NCBI GenBank assembly: GCA_965153285.1 | Contig: OZ229110.1 | Length of the DNA stretch: 64,000 bases | Direction: 5' to 3' (one strand) | From: Podarcis tiliguerta | Taxonomy: Eukaryota | Part shown: piece after piece, positions 57,571-64,000 of the stretch | How the letters are laid out: every line of letters starts with the position of its first letter | How positions within the stretch are numbered: the first letter of the stretch is position 1 | The notes under the pieces: model-generated | Seen by the model: only the letters and a program-made list of their open reading frames with translations | What the model was told of the DNA's origin: nothing | Database searches by the model: none | Translations under genes and position numbers: made by a program

Positions 57571-58004
57571 CCATATTGGCCCAAATATAAGCCACACTCT
57601 TTCCAATTTCAGACCGTGAAGAGAATATAAGTCCGGCTTATATTCATGACTTTTTATCATATGCTGCTGAAAGCGGCTGGGGAGCGCTGCTTGGGGGTGG
57701 GGTGAGCGGTGTGTCCGCCTCCCAGCTGATTGGCAGTGGCAGTGGGTGGGTGGAGCATGCGCAGGCCAACCAGCTAGGGAGCACGTGCACTGCCAACCAG
57801 CTGGGAGGTGGGTGTGCTGTTCACCCCCACCGCCAAGCAGCTAGGGAGCACACGCACTGCCAACAAGCTGCGCACCTGCCTCCCGGCACTACTGCCCTGA
57901 ATAGGGCCGGCTGGCACTGGCTTGGTAGCAACATCTGCAAATAAGCCTTGAATTTTAAGGGTGCAGCTTATATGCGGGTGCAGCTTATATTTGGGCCAAT
58001 ACGG
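57571..58004. mobile_element. Tc1/mariner-pogo type MITE
   Basis: ta|ccatattggcccaaatataagc ... gcttatatttgggccaatacgg|ta. Confidence 0.87.
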
Positions 58005-58915
58005 TAGCAGGGAAACTTAAGAAAATCATCTGAAAAGCAGCAGTCTGCACAACAGAAGCTGAAATGTTAGAATGCAATAAAAAGCTGTATTCTGAGCAGA
58101 GGTTTAGATATAAACCTGACAGATTATATATAAATTCTGGTAAATCAATCTTCCTCTCCACAAAGAAACCTCAAACCCTGGTATCAGCACTTTGTATGTC
58201 AAATAATCTCATATTGGAACTAAATGATGAAAACTCCCTGTGGTTTTTTGGTTTTTTTAAAATTAACATCCCAGGAATGTAGGGAAAATGTCTGAAATCT
58301 GAAGAATTAAATAATTGACTGAGGAATGTTTTTGTCTTAACTTATATTTTCCACAGAGAAGCAAAAGCATGCGGTTTCCGGAATAGGAGCATAAAGCTAT
58401 TTTGAATGAACTTTTAAGTATTATGAGAATTCCTGGACTTTCTTAACAGGTGCAGTTGACCTGTGCCAACAGGTGTGCTTTTTAAAAACCTCCTTTTTTG
58501 TTTGCTGTAACATCAAGCCCTGATGAAATCTAAATTTCCTGTACACTGAGAATGGCCAGATCACCAACTGTAATTTGAGGCTCATTCAGGGGAGTTGAAA
58601 GCTAATAAAGGAGTCTGTTTTTTTCAGGTAAGCTTCACTGTAAGTAAACAGGCACTAAGGTGTGAAAATGTATCAGCTTGTCAACTGTGACTGGCAGTCT
58701 TGGCAACTGTAGCAAAATATCAGGCTTAAAAACAAGTAAGTTTCACTTGGAGAATATGCATCCAAGTCGTTTCCCCCTCCACAAGGATGGCATATCAAAG
58801 GGGGCACTTTACCACATGGAAATTGCTGAAGAGACTTAGACTTTATAACAGCAATTACAAGTTTTTTAGGAGGTGAAGTAAACTAGTGGCTGACATGTGA
58901 ATTCACCCCGTTATA

Positions 58916-59157
58916 CAGTGGTACCTCGGGTTACATACACTTCAGGTTACATACGCTTCAGGTTACAGACTCCGCTAACCCAGAAATATTACCTTGGGTT
59001 AAGAACTTTGCTTCAGGATAAGAACAGAAATCGTGCTCCGGTGGCACGCCGGCAGCAGGAGGCCCCATTAGCTAAAGTGGTGCTTCAGGTTAAGAACAGT
59101 TTCAGGTTAAGTACGGACCTCCGGAACAAATTAAGTACTTAACCCGTGGTACCACTG
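58916..59157 (+). mobile_element. pogo/Tigger-like MITE, family B, copy 4
   Basis: ta|cagtggtacctcgggtta ... taacccgtggtaccactg|ta. Confidence 0.9.
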
Positions 59158-59214
59158 TAATGTAATTGTTCCATTTGTTTTCATGGCAAATGCTTGGATG
59201 ACTAACTGCTAAGA

Positions 59215-59585
59215 TGGCTGCCCTCGATACTGTCAATATCATGGGGGACTGTGTCAAAAGCCTTACCGAAATCAAAATACACTATGTCCACAGCATTTCC
59301 CTGATCCACCAAGTTTGTAATTCCATTAAAAATAAATCAGATTGGTCTGATATGACTTATTTTTGAGAAAACCGATGCTGGGTCTTAGTAATCACAGCAT
59401 CCTTTTCTAAATGCTAACAGACCAACTGTTGAATTATCTGTTGTAGGACCTTCCCTGGCATTGATGTCAGGCTCACCGGTCAGTAGTTACCTGGGTCTTT
59501 TTCTTTTACCCCTTTTTGAAAATGGGGACAGCTTTTGCCCACCTCCAGTCTGTAGGAACCTCACCTGTCTTCCAAGAATTCTCAA
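59215..59585 (-). mobile_element. CR1 reverse-transcriptase fragment
   Basis: Minus strand reads NY*PVSLTSMPGK and VDIVYFDFGKAFDTVPH. Confidence 0.88.
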
Positions 59586-60957
59586 TTCTTGGTAGCTTGG
59601 CCCAAGTCTAAGTAACCTTCCACCACTGCTTTCATATATATAATTTATCATGATTTATGTGTTGCTTAATCATCCAAACTTCTTAAGTTGTTTACACAAC
59701 ACAAAATATGCATTAAAATTAACAGTAGAAGCAATGAATATGGCTCCAACATGGTCCTGCATAGCACAGAAAGCCCAGGCTTTTTCTCTGCATACGTCGT
59801 CCTCTCCTGATGCCTGGACATTGGGGGTAGGGAAATTTCTGTGACCCCTGGAGGTCTGTGTGGCCCCATACCTCCTTCCTATGCATATGATGCCCTTTTG
59901 AGGCCTTGGCACAATTTGAGTAATTGTGCATAGTTCTGTTCTTCTTTTTTGTTACCTGTGAGGAGAAGCCACTGCTGGCTGTAAGCTTTCCACAGAGCGG
60001 GAGATCCTTCCCAGTCAGAGTTGAACCCGGCCTAATCCTATTTATAGGCTCATCTATATCTGCAGCTGAAAGACTCCAGATACAAATATGGGTGAGGAGG
60101 AGACTTATCCCATCCAGTCAAGGTTAAATTGCACCTAAATTCAACTTCAGCACAGCCCTCACACACTAAGTCCCTTACTTTTGTTTGCATTTGGCCATTT
60201 TCATTGGCGTGAGAACTTGGGAGGTGGATTAGGCCTCAGAGGACACCTTTTATGCAGCCTGATAAAAAGGCTTATAAGAACACAGTAGTCTGGGGATAGT
60301 GAGGAAGCAAAGGCTAAAGAATGGGGATTATTTTATTTACATTTGCTTCTGAGAGGTCTGCTGCAGGGTGTGATTTGTGGCTCAGATATGGCAATGCCGG
60401 AGATCCAGTAGAATGGGCATTGTAAAAGTATTAGGTTCCCTCTATCACAGCCTCATTTGTCTTCCTGCTTAGATACAGCATTCTTTGCATTGTTGAGTGT
60501 GCCAGGAACTCTGACTCAATTGTTTTCTTTAACTGTTGACAGCTGAATCAACAGTTTGTCCAGCAGAGGGGGCCTTGAACATACTGCAGGCAGCAGAATT
60601 TTTGCTTAATAATTACATAGTTGAGAACAAGCTTGGATGTGCTTCAAATCGGGCTGAATATTTCTGGTTCCAGCAAGCAAAGAGTGGGAGAGGGGAGGTG
60701 CAAGCTGGCAAGGAAGTACAGTGCTGTATATAGGCTGTCTGCTAAATACAGTTACATTAAAAGCAAAGCCCTTGTTGCTGGAAGAGAGATCCATTTCATC
60801 TTTTAAAGGTGCCATTGCTTTTCCTTGTTTCTGTTTGGCACTACAGGTTGATATATATTCTTTTCTGCTTTTCTGTTGCATCTAGAAGCAGTTTTAATCT
60901 GGATTTACCTTGTTATTATGTTTTGAATGTTTGAAGTACTTTTTCATTGATGATGTC

Positions 60958-61412
60958 TGTAATGGTTCTAGGGGTTGCTCGTGCGTAAACCGGTGCTTAT
61001 CTCCCCGGCTGGGTGCAAACACCTGGCTGGGTTGCCAAAGTGAACCTTTTCCGTCCGGACAGCCACTCACCCGTGGCTGACTCAATCACTGGCAGAATCC
61101 GTCAGTGGGCGTTTCTTAAACTTCTTCCAGCAAAGAAGCTCTTTGACGCCTAGTCTCCTCCTACTCTCTCTGCGCGAAAGCCTTCTGTGCAAGGAGGGCG
61201 TAGGCAGCGGAGGACCCCTACTCTCCCCGCTGGTCCCAGGCAAGGAGTCATGGGACCGTCTCGCCGCTTCCCCCATCTGCCCCCCTTCTCCACTGGTGCT
61301 ACGCTGATTCTCTTCCCCAGAAGATGGGCTGCTCCTCCCGATCCCTGGACGCTCTCTGGAATCCCTCTGGCTTTTGCTCTCTCCCTCTGGCACTGATGGC
61401 AGTTCCCTGACA
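60958..61412 (-). mobile_element. Solo LTR (Gypsy-like)
   Basis: TGTA...GACA termini; 5-bp TSD atgtc at 60953-60957 and 61413-61417; strand inferred from the TGTCAGG start, similar to the 16846 LTR. Confidence 0.78.
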
Positions 61413-62138
61413 ATGTCATTGTTTCATTCTTAAACTGTTTTGAGGTTTTATTACGATTGCACAGTATATAAATGGTGGGGAGGGAATCCCCGGCAGTGAT
61501 GGTGATTAACCCTTATGAGCAGGGTATAAATGATAAAATTATTATTATTATTTGTCAAGAAGTATTATTAATTGCCTCTGTGACACCATTAAGATAACCA
61601 CAAAATTGGGACCAGAAGCTATTCTAAGCAGATACAAGGACACCTAAATTGTGATTAGACCAAATCAACAAATGTTCCAAGCATCCACCTGTATTTTGGG
61701 TAATAGCCAACATTAGTTATTTTGGGTAACAGCCAACATGAGTCACGTAGAGTAAGCCCAGTTAGTCTACTTTGATATTACCCTGTATATCTATAGAAGC
61801 AACATCACATTACTTTGTTCTATGGTAAGGCAACTGATGTGAAGAGCACGGTTTTCCAGCCACATCTGCCTTTATCTTCTGCCTCTTGTTAGGAATTCTA
61901 CCCTAACAAGGTTCCTTTCTCTAGCCATGATTTCATCAGTCTTTGCCTAAGTGGTATGTTTGCTCTTCTAGGCAACAGTAATGAAAAGGTTTGTCAGGAC
62001 TGAGACAAATACAGAGCCATCTGTTAGCTTGGGTTGAGGCCTATTGCAGTTCAAGATACAACTGAGCAAGAGGTTTGGTATTTGATGTTAGCGAAGCTTT
62101 GTCTTAAAGCAAGGCTTTGTCTTAAAGCAGGGATGAGG

Positions 62139-62713
62139 TTGGACTTGTAAAAGGTTAAAAGAGTATTGGGATATGATATATAATGAATTGAAAAAAATGT
62201 TTAAAAAGACATTTCCAAAAAACCCAGAGTCCTTTTGGTTGGGGATAATTCAGAGGGAAATTCTCAGGTGTCAAAAAAAGTCTATTTATGTACGCTGCCA
62301 CCGCAACCCGTGTTCTGTTAGCCCAAAAATGGAAAACAAGTGAGTTCCCAAACAAAGAAGAATGGCAACTTAAACTGATGGAATACACTCAGCATGCAGT
62401 CTTAACTTATAGAATAAGAGAACAAGAAGAACGCACATTTAAAGAAGACTGGAAAATGTCTACTGAATATATAGGTGAAAATTGTGTTTATTTAAAAATG
62501 CTGGTAGCATTAAGATAAATTCAACAGTGCAAATAAGTTTTGATGGATGTAATAATGGATTACTGAATGGTTTAGTTCATGTAAAATATGCAGGGATGTA
62601 TGGTATGCAAAATGAACCACGGAAGGAGAAGAAGGGAAGTCATTGATTTAAGGTTGTTTAAATGAATATTTTGAAATGTAATTTATAAAAGTTATTTATT
62701 TTTTAGAAAAAAT
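62139..62713 (+). mobile_element. L1-clade LINE 3' fragment
   Basis: WTCKRLKEYWDMIYNELKK and MYAATATRVLLAQKWK..EEWQLKL (ORF2 C-terminus); 11-bp TSD cagggatgagg at 62128-62138 and 62714-62724. Confidence 0.87.
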
Positions 62714-63237
62714 CAGGGATGAGGAACATGTGGCCCTTCATTTATTGTTGGACTGCAACTCACATTAGTCCCAGGCAGCTTGGCCAATGGTCTAGGACAG
62801 GGGAAACTATAGTCAGTGCTCATTGTGGCTGATGAGAGTTGTAGTCCAAAACCTCTGAGGGGCACCCCAATGGAGAAGGCTGTTATAGTGCATTTCCAGG
62901 ACAAGGACAAGGAATCTGTGACCCTCCAGATGTTGCTGGACTATAGCTTCCATCATCTCAGACTATTGAGAGAGGCAATGGCTTGAAAATACCACCCATA
63001 TGGATATCACATTGCCCACATTCACATTTGTAGCACTATGATACCACTTTAACCAGTCATGGCTCCCCCCCAAAGAATTATGGGAGCTGTAGTTTGTTAA
63101 GCATACAGAGAGCTGTTACAGTACCAATATTCCCCTCACAGCTACAATTCCCCAAGTTCCTTGTGAAGAGGGATTGATTGTTAAACCACTCTGAGAAATG
63201 TAATTGTGTGAGAGAAATTAGGGTCTCCTAACAACTC

Positions 63238-63575
63238 GCTGTGGGTTAAACCACAGAGCCTAGAACTTGCTGCTCAGAAGGTCAGCAGTTCGAATCCCTG
63301 TGATGGGGTGAGCACCCATTGCTTGGTCCCTGCTTCTGCCAACTTAGCAGTTCAAAAGCACATAAAAGTGCAAGTAGATAAATAGGTACCTCTGTGGCAG
63401 GAAGGTAAACGGCATTTCCGTGTGCTGCTCTGGTTCACCAGAAGCAGCTTAGTCATGCTGGCCACATGACCCGGAAGCTGTACGCCAGCTCCCTCAGCCA
63501 ATAAAGCGAGATGAGCGCCGCAACCCCAGAGGTGGCCACGACTGGACCTAATGGTCAGGGGTCCTTTTATCTTTA
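63238..63575 (+). mobile_element. Sauria SINE, slightly 5'-truncated, nested in an older palindromic element
   Basis: Near-identical to 6905-7268; 11-bp TSD cctaacaactc at 63227-63237 and 63576-63586. Confidence 0.92.
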
Positions 63576-64000
63576 CCTAACAACTCTCAGCATCTAAAAC
63601 TACAGCTCCCAGGAATCTTTGTGCATTACAGTGGTATTACAGTGTTTTTAAAGGCAAGGTGTGAATGTAGCCATTGTGTGGAGACCCCTGTCAGCTTTCT
63701 ATTTCTTGTGTAAAGAGAAGGTCAACAGCTTCCGGTCTTAGACCTCAGTGTGAAATACTGTAATACAGTATTTTGTTTGTCCTCATTTCGCTGAAATGTT
63801 CACACTTCAGAGTCTCTCTGATACAAGCAAATATTTGAGGTCATCCATAAGAGGTTTGGTCCCCTATCAGTCATTTCCTTTTGACAAATTTGTCTGAAAA
63901 CAGCATTTTTTCTTTAAGGACATTATTTGGACACCGGGTGAATTTGGGGCACCAGCATCAAGCTTGATATGTATGTGATTTTTCCAGTTTTGAAATCTTT

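Noticed and set aside
54000-64000. SPON1 terminal exons expected by synteny on the minus strand
   Set aside because: No thrombospondin-repeat coding sequence seen; the gene probably lies beyond the window

Overview
Vertebrate genomic DNA. The SINE/LINE complement (Sauria SINEs, a Squam3-like CORE-SINE with a (CTT)n tail, BovB, L2, CR1, L1) points to a squamate, probably a lacertid lizard (inference). Two host genes lie on the + strand. The first is the last three coding exons and 3' end of COPB1 (coatomer beta; 298-3276). The second is a complete six-exon RRAS2/TC21 gene (CDS 21156-52415, 203 aa, ending in CAAX CVIF) with a CpG-island promoter and a 25.7-kb first intron. This matches the COPB1-RRAS2 order known from mammals. 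The rest is intergenic or intronic DNA packed with transposon relics, many with readable target-site duplications: SINEs, 5'-truncated LINEs, two solo LTRs, and pogo/Tigger-like and hAT MITEs. There is no prokaryotic system, CRISPR array or convincing novel protein-coding gene; most long ORFs in the track are GC-rich or TE artefacts. The most unusual object is a TA-flanked MITE in RRAS2 intron 1 (29365-29894) whose CpG-rich cargo looks like a captured promoter plus first exon (ATG ... GG|GTGAGT). Repeat family names come from recalled consensus features, not database searches.
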